Notes: a model not told the origin generated them from the sequence alone. Counted from the first letter of the whole stretch, positions 10,023 through 20,992 are shown. The stretch: DNA of 61,650 nucleotides, filler included, from 7 parts of 7 records of this genome joined end to end with filler, not necessarily neighbours in it, one strand, 5' to 3'. A program made the numbers and translations.

Positions 10023-11621
10023 CTATGCATTTAAAATCCCAAATGATTTTTTGTTATTGTAGTATAAACTTTTAAATATACTAAAATTCTTATCATATAC
10101 CTCTCTATTGTTGGTGTTAGGATAATATACCCTTTCAACTTTAACTAGTTTACTTGCATCCTTTAGCTTTGGTATCATGCCTAAACCAACCGCTATCAAT
10201 ACAGCAGCCCCCATAGCTCCTGCATTTTGAGGGTTCACAACCACTTCGACTTTTTTATTTAAAACATCTGCAAGTATCTGGCATGTCATTGGTGCAAGTG
10301 CTCCACCACCGACAAACCTTATTTTTTTGCCCGATTCTATTTTTCTGCGGCTACATTCCATCTGCCAGCGTAAATGAAAACAAACACCCTCAATTACTGC
10401 ATTAATAAGTTCGCTCTTTTTCGTATCAATGCCCATATTAAAAAACATACCTCTTGCATTTGTATCTTCAAAAGGGCAGCGATTTCCATGCAGCCAAGGC
10501 GTAAAAATTACACCATTGCTTCCAGGGGGAACATCTTTAATAGATTTCATCATATAGTCATAAAGATCCACCGCCACATCCTCATAATCACCCTTTATCT
10601 TAGCTTCACTTAATCTATCAATGGTCTCTTCATACGCTAGATGCTCTTTTACCCATTCAATACATTTTCCAGCTGTTTCAAGCTCTGCAAAGTAGTTATA
10701 GCTGGTTGCATCCGCTCCAACTATACCGGCTATTTTACACATGATATCTAGCTTTGGCTGCTTGATAACCGTAGATACCCAGCCAGATGTACCCATATAT
10801 ATATGAGTAGCACCTTTTTTTGTTGCACCTGCTCCAACACCAATTAAAGATGCATCTCCACCACCACCAAATATACTTGTATCTTCCGACAGATCAAGGT
10901 ACTTTGCTGCTTCCTTGGTTATTTTACCAGCTATTTCAGTACTCTTAATAATCTCTGGCATATGGTTATAGTCTACACCAAGCATTTTACACATCGTTTT
11001 ACTAAAGCATCGTTTATTTTTTCTTATATCAAACAGCATTGTTGCATAGGCACTATCCTCAGTCATAATAAACTTTCCGCAAGATTTAGAAATTAAAAAA
11101 TCCTTAACGTCCAGCCATTTATGTACTTTTTCAAATATTTCAGGCTCATTTTCTTTTACCCATTTATATTTCCATACAGGATCTTTAGAACTACTAGCAA
11201 CAACTCCTGTTATCATTATACTTTTTAGCAGTTTTAAAACATTTACACCTTCTACTTTTATACCATTTTCAAACACATCTGTCATCTGCCTAGTCGCTCT
11301 GTTATCCATATAGCTCATAGAATTCCTGAGTGGTCTGCAATTTTTATCAACCAGCACTAAGCCTTGCATTTGAGCACAGAAAGATATGCCAGTGATATTA
11401 TCTTTACTTATCCCACTTGCTTTTACCACTTCTTTAGTAGAAACTCTCATCGCATCCCACCACTCTATCGGATTCTGTTCTGCTCCGCCGTTTTGGTGAA
11501 TTTCTAGATTTATTCCAGCACTGCTGCTTTCAACAAGCTCAATTGTACTCCCCAGTTGATACAAGCATGTTTTTAGCGATGTTGTCCCTATATCATAAGC
11601 TATTACGTAACGATTCATCAA
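10023..11621 (-). CDS. FGGY-family carbohydrate kinase (xylulokinase-like)
   Basis: YDIGTTSLK, GGGGD, YMGTSGW, PWLHGNRCP, VGGGA. Confidence 0.9.
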   Translation of the reverse strand: MMNRYVIAYDIGTTSLKTCLYQLGSTIELVESSSAGINLEIHQNGGAEQNPIEWWDAMRVSTKEVVKASGISKDNITGISFCAQMQGLVLVDKNCRPLRNSMSYMDNRATRQMTDVFENGIKVEGVNVLKLLKSIMITGVVASSSKDPVWKYKWVKENEPEIFEKVHKWLDVKDFLISKSCGKFIMTEDSAYATMLFDIRKNKRCFSKTMCKMLGVDYNHMPEIIKSTEIAGKITKEAAKYLDLSEDTSIFGGGGDASLIGVGAGATKKGATHIYMGTSGWVSTVIKQPKLDIMCKIAGIVGADATSYNYFAELETAGKCIEWVKEHLAYEETIDRLSEAKIKGDYEDVAVDLYDYMMKSIKDVPPGSNGVIFTPWLHGNRCPFEDTNARGMFFNMGIDTKKSELINAVIEGVCFHLRWQMECSRRKIESGKKIRFVGGGALAPMTCQILADVLNKKVEVVVNPQNAGAMGAAVLIAVGLGMIPKLKDASKLVKVERVYYPNTNNREVYDKNFSIFKSLYYNNKKSFGILNA

Positions 11622-11639
11622 ATGCTCCTAAACATATTT

Positions 11640-12683
11640 TTATTGACTCTTTTGTTTCGAATATTTCATCTTATATATTGTTCTCATCAACCTGCTTTCG
11701 AAAGCATTGATTGGCACAGCTTTACCGTGGACTAATGCCCACATATAAGCCATACAGTTTTTTTCAACAATCATGCTTACAGCTTCAGCATCTAAGCCAT
11801 GGCACACAGCGCCACATCCACTAACAAATACAGCATCTGCTTTTTCCAAAGCAGCGTTAACCGCTTTTGTGTTATTTAAAACAGTTTGCATTTTTGTGCC
11901 TACAATCTGCGCAAAATCATCTACCATTGGTTTTAATTTTATGTTTAAATACGACATTGCCACAACAATCGGTGATGTATTTATAATCATATCGTCCGAC
12001 ATCTCAGCTTTTAACTCTTTTGGCTCAAAGCTATTTACAGATTCCATATTGTCGGGCAAAACATATCTTAACAGGTTTTTTAAAACAAATTTTTCATTAT
12101 TAAATGCTTCAGAGTATCTATTTTCTAGGTATTCTATGCACGCATCTTCCAATTGATTTGCCGCATCAAATGTTTGCTCAAAATCCTCCCCAAAGCATAA
12201 GGCACCATGGTTTTTCATGATAATACAGCAACCGTCAGCCTCTTTTAGCACCTTTGTTATATTGCTGCAAAGTTTTTTTGTACTCGGCAATCCGTAAGGA
12301 GCACAATATACCATCCCCTTTAAAAGGTTATACTTGGCATCTGCCTGAATGAAATCTATATTGCATGTGCTTACAACCGATGCGTATTCTTGATGCGTAT
12401 GTATAACAAAATTCACTTTTTTATTGATATAACACGAAGCATGAACTCCTTTTTCTGACGACGGCTTTATAGGACTGTTGTACTTTAAAGATTCAATATC
12501 GACTACGACGATATCATCTCGTTCCAATGAAAGATAATCTTTTCCGCTAGGGGTTATAACCATGGTGTTCTCATCCACCCTCTGGCTCACGTTTCCCCAT
12601 GTTCGCGCAATCAATCCCCTCTTAACCAATTCCTTGCCCGCTTTTATGACAATATCCTTAGCTTGATTTACATCCATGTACAA
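11640..12683 (-). CDS. Class II aldolase/adducin-family protein with C-terminal extension
   Basis: TWGNVS, ITPSG, PSSEKGVH, HTH, MKNHG. Confidence 0.88.
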   Translation of the reverse strand: MYMDVNQAKDIVIKAGKELVKRGLIARTWGNVSQRVDENTMVITPSGKDYLSLERDDIVVVDIESLKYNSPIKPSSEKGVHASCYINKKVNFVIHTHQEYASVVSTCNIDFIQADAKYNLLKGMVYCAPYGLPSTKKLCSNITKVLKEADGCCIIMKNHGALCFGEDFEQTFDAANQLEDACIEYLENRYSEAFNNEKFVLKNLLRYVLPDNMESVNSFEPKELKAEMSDDMIINTSPIVVAMSYLNIKLKPMVDDFAQIVGTKMQTVLNNTKAVNAALEKADAVFVSGCGAVCHGLDAEAVSMIVEKNCMAYMWALVHGKAVPINAFESRLMRTIYKMKYSKQKSQ

Positions 12684-12693
12684 CTCTCCTTTA

Positions 12694-14037
12694 CTAGTCC
12701 TCTACTTTTACAACATTTGCAAAGACTCTATCAAATCGATTCAAGATGTCCTCTAACATATCTTCTGTATAAGCTGCCGATGTATATAATCTGCTGCCAG
12801 CAAGCGTAATGATTCCTTCCGCCATATAAGCAGCTCCCATATGTTCCATTTCCTTTTTGCGCTTTGATGTTGCTTTTAATACCGCTGGAATAGTCCATGG
12901 CTTTTTCCAGTTTACAGAAAAGTGCATAGTTCCAACTGTCTCTAAGTGACAAATTGATCCTTGATTAAATGCGACAAAAGGCAAGTCGTGTTTTTTTATC
13001 AAATCTTTCAAACCAGCAACAAGCTTATCCGCAAACTCTCCTGATTTTTGAGCCGCGTTAGTTCTTTCTATTTCACACAATGTATAATACCCACCAGCAC
13101 AGCTTAATGGGTTTGCTGCCATTGTACCGCCAACTAATGCTTTTTTATGTTTTGTGCCACCTGCAATACCAGCAGATAGATATTTCATATATTCTTTTTT
13201 ACCACCAATACCACCTGCACTTGGATATCCTCCTGCAACTGCTTTACCAAACACTGTTAAATCAGGTGATACACCAAAGTATCCCTGCGCACCTTTCATT
13301 CCAATTCTAAATGCAGTAACAACCTCGTCAAAAATAAACAATGCGCCATATTTTTTACAAAGTTTTTCAACTTTTTTATTAAAGTCAAAGTCCAATGGTC
13401 TTGTTCCGCTTTCTGGTCCCACTGGTTCAATAATAACCGCCGCTGTTCCACCTCTTAGAACGTTTCTTTTTAGTTTTCTTTCTAAATCTTTAATGTCATT
13501 TGGAAAAAACTCTTGAGTACGTTTAAATATATGTCTTGGAACACCATGCGCTTGCAGCCATTTTGTTCCTGGTACACGAATACCATATGCAAGTTGATCC
13601 GACCAACCATGGTATGCTCCACCCATTTTAATAATATTCTTTTTGCCAGTAGCAAGTCTGGCAATACGAATCGCCGCCATACAACCTTCTGTACCCGAAC
13701 CTAACATTCTAAACATATCTACAGTTTCAAAGTTGTCTGCTATTTTTTTTGCTAGCTTGTATTCATATTCATGGAAAAGCCCAGTTGAAGGACCACAAGT
13801 GTCTATAAGCTCCATCGTCTTTTCTTTCACTTCCTTTGGGTTATTGCCTAAAATCGTCGGCCCGCCGGCTTGTAAAAAATCATAGTACTTATTTCCATCA
13901 ACATCGTATAAAAATGCACCTTCAGCCTTATCAAAAACCAAAGGAAACGGATGATTAAAAGCTAGGTTGTGTTGAACACCTCCTGGAATATAATCTAATG
14001 CTTCGTCAATTATCTTTTTAGATTTTGCACATTTTTT
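12694..14037 (-). CDS. Class III PLP aminotransferase (GSAM-like), 5' end cut by the contig edge
   Basis: SGTEG, GAYHG, IFDEVVTAFR, FGKAVAGG; frame stays open upstream (IPGGVQHNLAFNHPFP) to the gap. Confidence 0.88.
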   Translation of the reverse strand, partial: KKCAKSKKIIDEALDYIPGGVQHNLAFNHPFPLVFDKAEGAFLYDVDGNKYYDFLQAGGPTILGNNPKEVKEKTMELIDTCGPSTGLFHEYEYKLAKKIADNFETVDMFRMLGSGTEGCMAAIRIARLATGKKNIIKMGGAYHGWSDQLAYGIRVPGTKWLQAHGVPRHIFKRTQEFFPNDIKDLERKLKRNVLRGGTAAVIIEPVGPESGTRPLDFDFNKKVEKLCKKYGALFIFDEVVTAFRIGMKGAQGYFGVSPDLTVFGKAVAGGYPSAGGIGGKKEYMKYLSAGIAGGTKHKKALVGGTMAANPLSCAGGYYTLCEIERTNAAQKSGEFADKLVAGLKDLIKKHDLPFVAFNQGSICHLETVGTMHFSVNWKKPWTIPAVLKATSKRKKEMEHMGAAYMAEGIITLAGSRLYTSAAYTEDMLEDILNRFDRVFANVVKVED

Positions 14038-14137
14038 NNNNNNNNNNNNNNNNNNNNNNNNNNNNNNNNNNNNNNNNNNNNTTAATTAATTAANNNNNNN
14101 NNNNNNNNNNNNNNNNNNNNNNNNNNNNNNNNNNNNN
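14038..14137. other. Artificial contig spacer
   Basis: 100 nt of N with TTAATTAATTAA (stops in all frames). Confidence 0.98.
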
Positions 14138-14191
14138 AAAAGAGGAATATGAGTGAGATGTGAGTATAATTAAACAAGAAAATATGAAGAG

Positions 14192-15184
14192 GTGATTAAT
14201 GTGGCCATAAATAATTTACATGAACTATCAAAAGAGCAGCTTTCAAAAAGAGTTATTCAGTTGGAAGCCTCTGTTGAAATGCTTCTTGAAGAAAAAAGAC
14301 AAAATGACTTTTTGAAATTTCCCTGGATAGGAAATCTAGGTCATTGGTACTGGGATTTTAGATCAAATACAGTTGAGTTTAATGATAAAAAGATAACAAC
14401 TTTAGGATATACACTAGATGAGATTCCTGATGAAGTAGGTCATCAATTTTTTACTGAGAAACTTCATCCTGAAGATTATGATTATGTGATGAATAATATG
14501 AGTGAACATCTGGAGGGGAAGACAGATGCATACGAAGTAGAGTATAGAATAAAAGCCAAAGATGGTAAGTATCTTTGGTATTATGATCGAGGGATAATAA
14601 CTAAACGTGATGAAAATGGGGCTCCAATTATGGTAGCCGGGATAGTTTTTGATATAACTAAAAGTAAAAATTTTGAGGAAACATTAATGCGGACAAATAA
14701 AAGATTAAAAGTGATGGCAACAACTGATGAGCTTACCGGTATACTCAATAGAAGAACCATAATGTATAAACTAAGAGCCCACATAATGAGAGAAAAGTGT
14801 AATTTTTCTTTAGTAATGTTCGATGTTGATTTTTTTAAAAAGATAAATGATACTTTTGGACATACTGTAGGAGATGAAGTTTTAAAAGCAATAGCAAATA
14901 CAGTAAAAGGTGGAATATGTGAGAAGTCTTATTTTGGAAGATGGGGTGGCGAGGAGTTTTTATTATTACTGCCAGTGCTTGAGCTTAATGGTGCAGTTGC
15001 TCTCTCTGAGAATTTAAGGCGAGAAATAGTGAGTTTAGATATTTTGACAAGTCATAAAATTAGTGCTAGTTTTGGTGTTGTAGAGTATGAAAATCAAGAA
15101 ACCATTGATCAAATAATAACGCGCGTGGATGAATTGATGTATAAAGCTAAAGAAAATGGTAGAAATAGAATAGAATATAAATAA
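14192..15184 (+). CDS. PAS-domain diguanylate cyclase
   Basis: PAS/PAC (LHPED, YRIKAKDG) plus RWGGEEF. Confidence 0.92.
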   Translation: MINVAINNLHELSKEQLSKRVIQLEASVEMLLEEKRQNDFLKFPWIGNLGHWYWDFRSNTVEFNDKKITTLGYTLDEIPDEVGHQFFTEKLHPEDYDYVMNNMSEHLEGKTDAYEVEYRIKAKDGKYLWYYDRGIITKRDENGAPIMVAGIVFDITKSKNFEETLMRTNKRLKVMATTDELTGILNRRTIMYKLRAHIMREKCNFSLVMFDVDFFKKINDTFGHTVGDEVLKAIANTVKGGICEKSYFGRWGGEEFLLLLPVLELNGAVALSENLRREIVSLDILTSHKISASFGVVEYENQETIDQIITRVDELMYKAKENGRNRIEYK

Positions 15185-15185
15185 T

Positions 15186-15227
15186 AAACCTCCATTAGAT
15201 GACGTGTTATCTAAATGGAGGTTTTAT
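15186..15227 (+). terminator. Intrinsic terminator
   Basis: AAACCTCCATTAGAT...ATCTAAATGGAGGTTTT just after the stop. Confidence 0.7.
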
Positions 15228-15304
15228 TTTGAGATTTATTTGCTCAAAGACTTTTATTATACCACATTTGTGATATAATGTTTGGATGAACATTTATTTA
15301 AGAA

Positions 15305-16230
15305 ATGGAGAGAAAAATGAAAATAAATAAGTACTTGATACTTCCATTGACGGTATTAGCCTGCTTCATGTGGTCAACAGCATTTGTAGGTGTAAAGATA
15401 GGTTTAAAATATATGAATGCACCATATACATTTGCAGGAATAAGGTTTTTTATAGCTGGTTTGATGTTGGTGCCTTTCTCATGGAGAAGAGGTTTTTGAG
15501 TGAAATAAAGAATAACAAAAAGCTTATTATTCAGATAACACTGCTACAAACTTTTTTAGGTTACGCGCTATATTATACAGCAATGACTTTTGTGAAAGGT
15601 TCTATTGCTTCAATTATCATAGGTTCAAGCCCACTGATATCAGCTATCTTAGCTCATTTTCTAATGGAGGACGATAAATTCTCCAGAAAGAAAATGTTAA
15701 CACTCTCAATGGGAATAATTGGGGTAGTTGTAATAATGCTAAGTACTAAGCCGGTAACTATGGTTGGGATTAAAGAGTTAATTGGAATATTCTTTCTACT
15801 TGGGAACTCTTCATTGGTTTCATTGGTCAACATAAAGGTTGCTCAAGAGAAAAAAGGTGTTAATCCAATATTTTTATGCTCAAATCAGATGATTTACGGC
15901 GGTTTGTTGTTGATGATATTAGGATTATTTGTGGAAGGAAAGCAAAACTTGCTATTACCCACAGAGTTTTACATTAGTTTAATATGGTTAGCGTTAGTTT
16001 CAGCTGTGGCGTTCTCAATTTGGTTTGTGCTGCTTCAACAACCAAGTGTAAAGGTATCTGAGCTTAACATGTGGAAATTTATCATTCCTCTATCAGGAGC
16101 AATTCTGTCATGGACGATGCTACCTAATGAGAGTCCAGATGTAATATCTGTCACAGGAATGGCTTTGATTTTGAGTTCACTGATTATGTACTATAGAACT
16201 GAATCAAAAGCTGTAGTAGATGTAAAATAA
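15305..16230 (+). CDS. EamA/DMT transporter, frameshift near 15490
   Basis: ACFMWSTAF...FAGIRFFIAG in one frame, remaining TMs in ORF 15370-16230. Confidence 0.82.
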
Positions 16231-16270
16231 AAAATAGAATATTCTATATAATAATCAAAATACAAAAATT

Positions 16271-16314
16271 AAAGCTTGAAAACCCTTTGCTTGCAAAGGA
16301 TTTTCAAGCTTTTT
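16271..16314. terminator. Bidirectional terminator
   Basis: AAAGCTTGAAAACCCTTTGC-TT-GCAAAGGATTTTCAAGCTTT between convergent genes. Confidence 0.75.
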
Positions 16315-18610
16315 ATACTATAATAGGATTATAAAACATTTTTGAAAAGCTTTGGAGTTTTAATAATTTATTTTTTAATTCATTTTCAATTTTTTCCCAT
16401 GATACAACTTTGAAATTCTGGTTCATATTTACGCCATTATCTACGTTGTTATCATCATTTGCTATGAAGACACCTTTTGGATATTTACTTCCAAGGTATG
16501 TACTTTCAGCGAAAATGCCACCAGATTCAACAGTTCCATCTATACTGCCCTCTTCGATAACTACATTACCAAGGTAAGTGTTATCGCTATCTAATCTATA
16601 CATAGCGTAACTACTGCTTCCTTCAGATGAAGCCATAAGGTAACTGTTTTGACCATCTCTATAGATCGTTAATCCTTCGATATCAGCTTCTAAATGCCCA
16701 GTATTAAGGTCATCTATTAAGAATTTTTCTTCGTAATTTTCTGCAGCTGAGAATCTCCAAAGAGCACTCTCCTCTTCAGCTAAATATAGATCTCCAGTTT
16801 CATCATCAATAACCATTCCTTCACACTCTCCGTTAACTTCAAATGAATCAAGGTATGATACTTTGATTTTACCAGCCATATCATCAAGTAACTCATAAGC
16901 ACTGACTTTACCATTTTCATCTATAGCAAGAACATAGAATTTATTATCCTCTTTAGAATTATATAGAGCAATTCCACTAATTTCAGCACCATCTAAAATA
17001 ATATCTTTTGAATTCATATACTTGATATCTGCTGTAGCGGGATCAATTCCAAATAGTTCAATACTATTTTTTGATACATTTGTTACTGCTATAATGTCAA
17101 TTGTTTTGCCATCAATTTTCATTCCATATCGAATATCAAGGTTTGATAGTTCACCATTCCAGTCTATAGAATTTACTTCTTTACCATCTAGATTGTATAT
17201 TTTTAACCCTTTTCCCTCTTCGTTAGATCCTATAATTAAACTATTTTCTGGATTGTTTTTATTGATCCATACACAAGGTGAGTATACCGAGTTCTCTCCA
17301 CTTTGCTCAGCTTCTGTTTCAAAATCAGCTGTCACATTGTACTCTTTATATGCTAGAGTTTTGTTTAGAGCAATTTTTTTTGACACAATATTTGCTCCTC
17401 TTGGATTTTGAGATGTATCGATCATAAGATTAAATTTTTCGGCAATTTTATCCCAAGCTACAACTTTAAAGTTTTGTTTTAGCTTGATGTTGCCATTTGT
17501 ATTCTCTCCATCTTGAGCAATAAAAAATCCATTTGGATAGATATCACCAAAAGAGTATGAGCTTACATCGATACCATCGGTATCAGAAGTTCCATCAACG
17601 GAATCTCCGTCAGTTAACTGGAAACTACCGATATAGTTGTTTTCGATTCTATCATAAATTGCATAACTGTTATCCCCTTGGCTTGATGCCATTAGGTACC
17701 CTGTATTATTTTTTCCATAATACATAGTTAATCCCTCTATATCAGCAGTCATGTGACCACTCCAAACAGTGTCTATCATTTTTCTTTTAGTTCCGCCTAT
17801 TGATTCAGCATCGTATTTCCAGATTCCTACGTTCTCCTCACCGATATATAGTGCGGCATTTTCATCATCAACAACCATACCTTCACTTTGACCACCAACA
17901 GCAAATGTTCTTTCTAGTTTCGCCTCAATTTTTCCATTTCCATTGTCAAATAAAACATGTTGCTCAAATGAGCCATCTTTTCCAACAACCATTCCGTATA
18001 ATCTACCTGTTATTTGACTGTGGTATAGAGTGAAGCCATATACTTCAGGCATTTCACAACTAATTGTTTTCTCAGTGGCATTTGTCAGCTCACCTGTATT
18101 TTTATCTATAGTAAAAATATCGATTGAATTAGTACTTCTGTTAGTTCCAGCTACTAAATCTACAATTTTTCCTCCTAGTGGGAAATTATATCTTACGTCA
18201 ATATTATTCATTTCACCAACAGGATAGCTGTATAGTTCTTTTCCATGAAGGTCATAAACAATGATTCCTTCATCTTTATTAGTTCCTATTATTCTACTTT
18301 TTTCAGAATTACTTGCATTTATCCAAATAGCAGGATCATCTGCAGCATCTTTTCCACTTTTCACAGCATCTGTTTCCATGTCAGCATTTATCTTTTCAAA
18401 ATTATCGATTAAAAGAGTTTGACCAGCATAGATTTTATCAGGATCTTTTAATTTGTTATTTTTAGTAAGCTTCTGAATATTTAGTTCAAATTTACTAGCG
18501 ATTTCACTCAATGTGTCGCCTTTTTTAACCATGTAATCTCTTTGAGCAAAACCTAACGTTGAGCTCATAACTGTCAGTAATGCGATTAGTTTTATTCTGT
18601 TGTTTTTAAT
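16313..18610 (-). CDS. Secreted LysM plus tandem beta-propeller phytase; probable ATT start
   Basis: LysM (YMVKKGDTLSEIA...IYAGQTL); DAADDPAIW, NNIDVRY, YGFTLY, ADIEGL, TDGID; second propeller repeat; signal peptide appears when extended to ATT at 18610. Confidence 0.88.
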   Translation of the reverse strand: MKNNRIKLIALLTVMSSTLGFAQRDYMVKKGDTLSEIASKFELNIQKLTKNNKLKDPDKIYAGQTLLIDNFEKINADMETDAVKSGKDAADDPAIWINASNSEKSRIIGTNKDEGIIVYDLHGKELYSYPVGEMNNIDVRYNFPLGGKIVDLVAGTNRSTNSIDIFTIDKNTGELTNATEKTISCEMPEVYGFTLYHSQITGRLYGMVVGKDGSFEQHVLFDNGNGKIEAKLERTFAVGGQSEGMVVDDENAALYIGEENVGIWKYDAESIGGTKRKMIDTVWSGHMTADIEGLTMYYGKNNTGYLMASSQGDNSYAIYDRIENNYIGSFQLTDGDSVDGTSDTDGIDVSSYSFGDIYPNGFFIAQDGENTNGNIKLKQNFKVVAWDKIAEKFNLMIDTSQNPRGANIVSKKIALNKTLAYKEYNVTADFETEAEQSGENSVYSPCVWINKNNPENSLIIGSNEEGKGLKIYNLDGKEVNSIDWNGELSNLDIRYGMKIDGKTIDIIAVTNVSKNSIELFGIDPATADIKYMNSKDIILDGAEISGIALYNSKEDNKFYVLAIDENGKVSAYELLDDMAGKIKVSYLDSFEVNGECEGMVIDDETGDLYLAEEESALWRFSAAENYEEKFLIDDLNTGHLEADIEGLTIYRDGQNSYLMASSEGSSSYAMYRLDSDNTYLGNVVIEEGSIDGTVESGGIFAESTYLGSKYPKGVFIANDDNNVDNGVNMNQNFKVVSWEKIENELKNKLLKLQSFSKMFYNPIIV

Positions 18611-18791
18611 TTAAATCTCCTCCTTAGTTAAATTTTAACCTATTTACAACATTATAAGTCGGATGTGTTAAAGTACTAGTAAAATAGGGTAAGAGAAATG
18701 TAAAAAAGGATTAAAAAATTTCTATAATTAGGTGTGTTATAATATGTAAAGGAGATAAAATATTGATAAATTAATTGTAAAAACTGAGGAG

Positions 18792-19364
18792 ATGAAAATG
18801 TATATAGATCAAATTAGAAATTTTAAAACAATAAGTGAACAGGAGAAAAAAGATAAACAGGTAATTTTAGACTATATTGAGCTATTGGGAGATAAAATCC
18901 TAACTAGAGAAAGCGAAATAGCTCATATAACATCTTCAGCTTTTATCATGAATAGAGAGCTTACGAAGACTTTAATGATTCATCATAATATATATAATTC
19001 GTGGGGCTGGACAGGTGGTCACGCCGATGGTGAAGAGGATTTGCTTAACATAGCGGAGAAAGAGCTCTTAGAGGAGACTGGGGTAATAAGAGCAGAACCC
19101 TTAACCGATGAGATAATCACCATCGACATTATCCCTGTACCAGAACATATAAAAAAAGGAAAATATGTTAATGTTCACCTACATTTAAATATAACTTATG
19201 TATTTATTGTTAGTGAAGATGAGAGATTAATAGTAAAAGAGGATGAAAATAGTGGCGTAAAGTGGATAAGGCTTGAAAATATGGTTAATGAAGTTAGTGA
19301 ACCAGAGATGTTACCTATTTACAACAAGATAATTGAACGAGCGAAATTAAAGAGCTTAGGATAA
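18792..19364 (+). CDS. NUDIX hydrolase
   Basis: GGHADGEEDLLNIAEKELLEETG Nudix box. Confidence 0.9.
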   Translation: MKMYIDQIRNFKTISEQEKKDKQVILDYIELLGDKILTRESEIAHITSSAFIMNRELTKTLMIHHNIYNSWGWTGGHADGEEDLLNIAEKELLEETGVIRAEPLTDEIITIDIIPVPEHIKKGKYVNVHLHLNITYVFIVSEDERLIVKEDENSGVKWIRLENMVNEVSEPEMLPIYNKIIERAKLKSLG

Positions 19365-19376
19365 TAAAATAAATTA

Positions 19377-19404
19377 AAAACTCCTCTTGTTATTAGAGGA
19401 GTTT
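19377..19404 (+). terminator. Intrinsic terminator
   Basis: AAACTCCTCT-loop-AGAGGAGTTT after the NUDIX stop. Confidence 0.6.
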
Positions 19405-20175
19405 CAACAGAAATACTTAGGAAGCTTACTACACAGCAGCTTCGAAAATTTTGAGAAAGCTTTTTTTGCACCTTTTTTTATTAAAGTTGCAAAAGCTTTC
19501 TCTTTATTATAAGAGGAACTGACTAAGCTAGTCAGCTCACACGTTGTGTGCCGCCCATAAAAACATTTGTTGGGAGTCTGTTTTTACAGGCTAGAGTAAA
19601 AATCTGCACTTTGCATAAGTTGATGGGGTATATGCAAAAGCATTGGTATATTAATAATATGAAATTTGCAACTTTATATAGAAGTATTTTCTTCTTAACT
19701 TGATTATATTCCTATTCGTTAAAAATTTCTAACTGTAAATAAAAAAATAATAGTCCATTTTTAAAATTGAATAAAAAGTTCCGTTTCAATACATTTACGC
19801 TCGAAAGTGAGAGGTCAAAAATAAAAGCCACAAGCATACAGTTCTATTCTGTATGAATGTGACCTTTAAATTTGGATACCTATACGAAGCTAAATTTGGA
19901 CAAAATTTAAGCTAATATGGTTTAATATATACAATAAGATGATATAATCTTGCGCATAGATATCCAGAGTCAGTTTCTCATTTGCATTTTTATTACGCTG
20001 TCTTGACAAACTCAACTTATAAGATTTATGTAGTGTTATAGCTTTGTATAAAGGGAAATCTTGACGGATATTATACAAAGCTTGGTAAACTATATATTCT
20101 AAAAAGTCCGACTTATTCTCAATTTTAGATGTGAAAATAGAATCCTTTTCACTCTGTAGCCGAAAGCTTTTATTA

Positions 20176-20892
20176 TTATAAAGAGTTAGCAAATATAGCT
20201 TTAATCTCTTCATGTGTAGCTTGTTTTGGATTAGTTAGTCCACAAGCATCTTTTAATGCATTTTCCGTTAAGATATCGAAATCTTCCTCTTTAGCTCCAA
20301 GTTCTTTTATTCCACTTGGAATTCCAATGTCGGTAGATAGTTTTTTGATAGCGTCAATTGCTGCTTTTGCTCCATCTTCATCAGACATATTTTCTACGTC
20401 TACTCCCATAAATGAAGCTATATCTTTTAATCTATTTGCAGATACTTGAGAGTTATACTCTTGTACATGCGGTAATAAGATTGCGTTACACACTCCGTGA
20501 GGTAAGTCATAGAAGCCACCTAATTGGTGAGCCATTGCATGAACGTAACCAAGAGATGCATTGTTAAATGCCATACCTGCTAAAAATTCAGCATAAGCCA
20601 TCATATCTCTAGCTTCTACATTTTTACCATCTGCTACAGCGTTTCTAAGGTTAGCTGAGATTAATTCAACGGCTTTTTGCGCACAAGCATCAGTTACTGG
20701 CGTTGCAGCGGTAGAAACATATGCCTCTACAGCATGTGTTAATGCATCCATACCAGTTGCAGCTGTTAACCCTTTTGGCATATTTAGCATTAATAACGGA
20801 TCATTTACGGCTAAAATTGGAGTTGCATGCTTATCAACAATTGCCATTTTTACGTGTCTTACTTCATCTGTGATGATACAGAATCTAGTCAT
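20176..20892 (-). CDS. Iron-containing alcohol dehydrogenase (YiaY/AdhB-like), 5' truncated
   Basis: [36 protein letters not shown]. Confidence 0.93.
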   Translation of the reverse strand: MTRFCIITDEVRHVKMAIVDKHATPILAVNDPLLMLNMPKGLTAATGMDALTHAVEAYVSTAATPVTDACAQKAVELISANLRNAVADGKNVEARDMMAYAEFLAGMAFNNASLGYVHAMAHQLGGFYDLPHGVCNAILLPHVQEYNSQVSANRLKDIASFMGVDVENMSDEDGAKAAIDAIKKLSTDIGIPSGIKELGAKEEDFDILTENALKDACGLTNPKQATHEEIKAIFANSL

Positions 20893-20992
20893 NNNNNNNN
20901 NNNNNNNNNNNNNNNNNNNNNNNNNNNNNNNNNNNNTTAATTAATTAANNNNNNNNNNNNNNNNNNNNNNNNNNNNNNNNNNNNNNNNNNNN
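20893..20992. other. Artificial contig spacer
   Basis: N run with TTAATTAATTAA. Confidence 0.98.

Noticed and set aside
19783-19812. GTTTCAATAC... resembling a CRISPR repeat end
   Set aside because: Single occurrence
19890-20213. 107-aa ORF overlapping the ADH end, and the many short antisense ORFs in the track
   Set aside because: No motifs; shadows of real genes or chance ORFs
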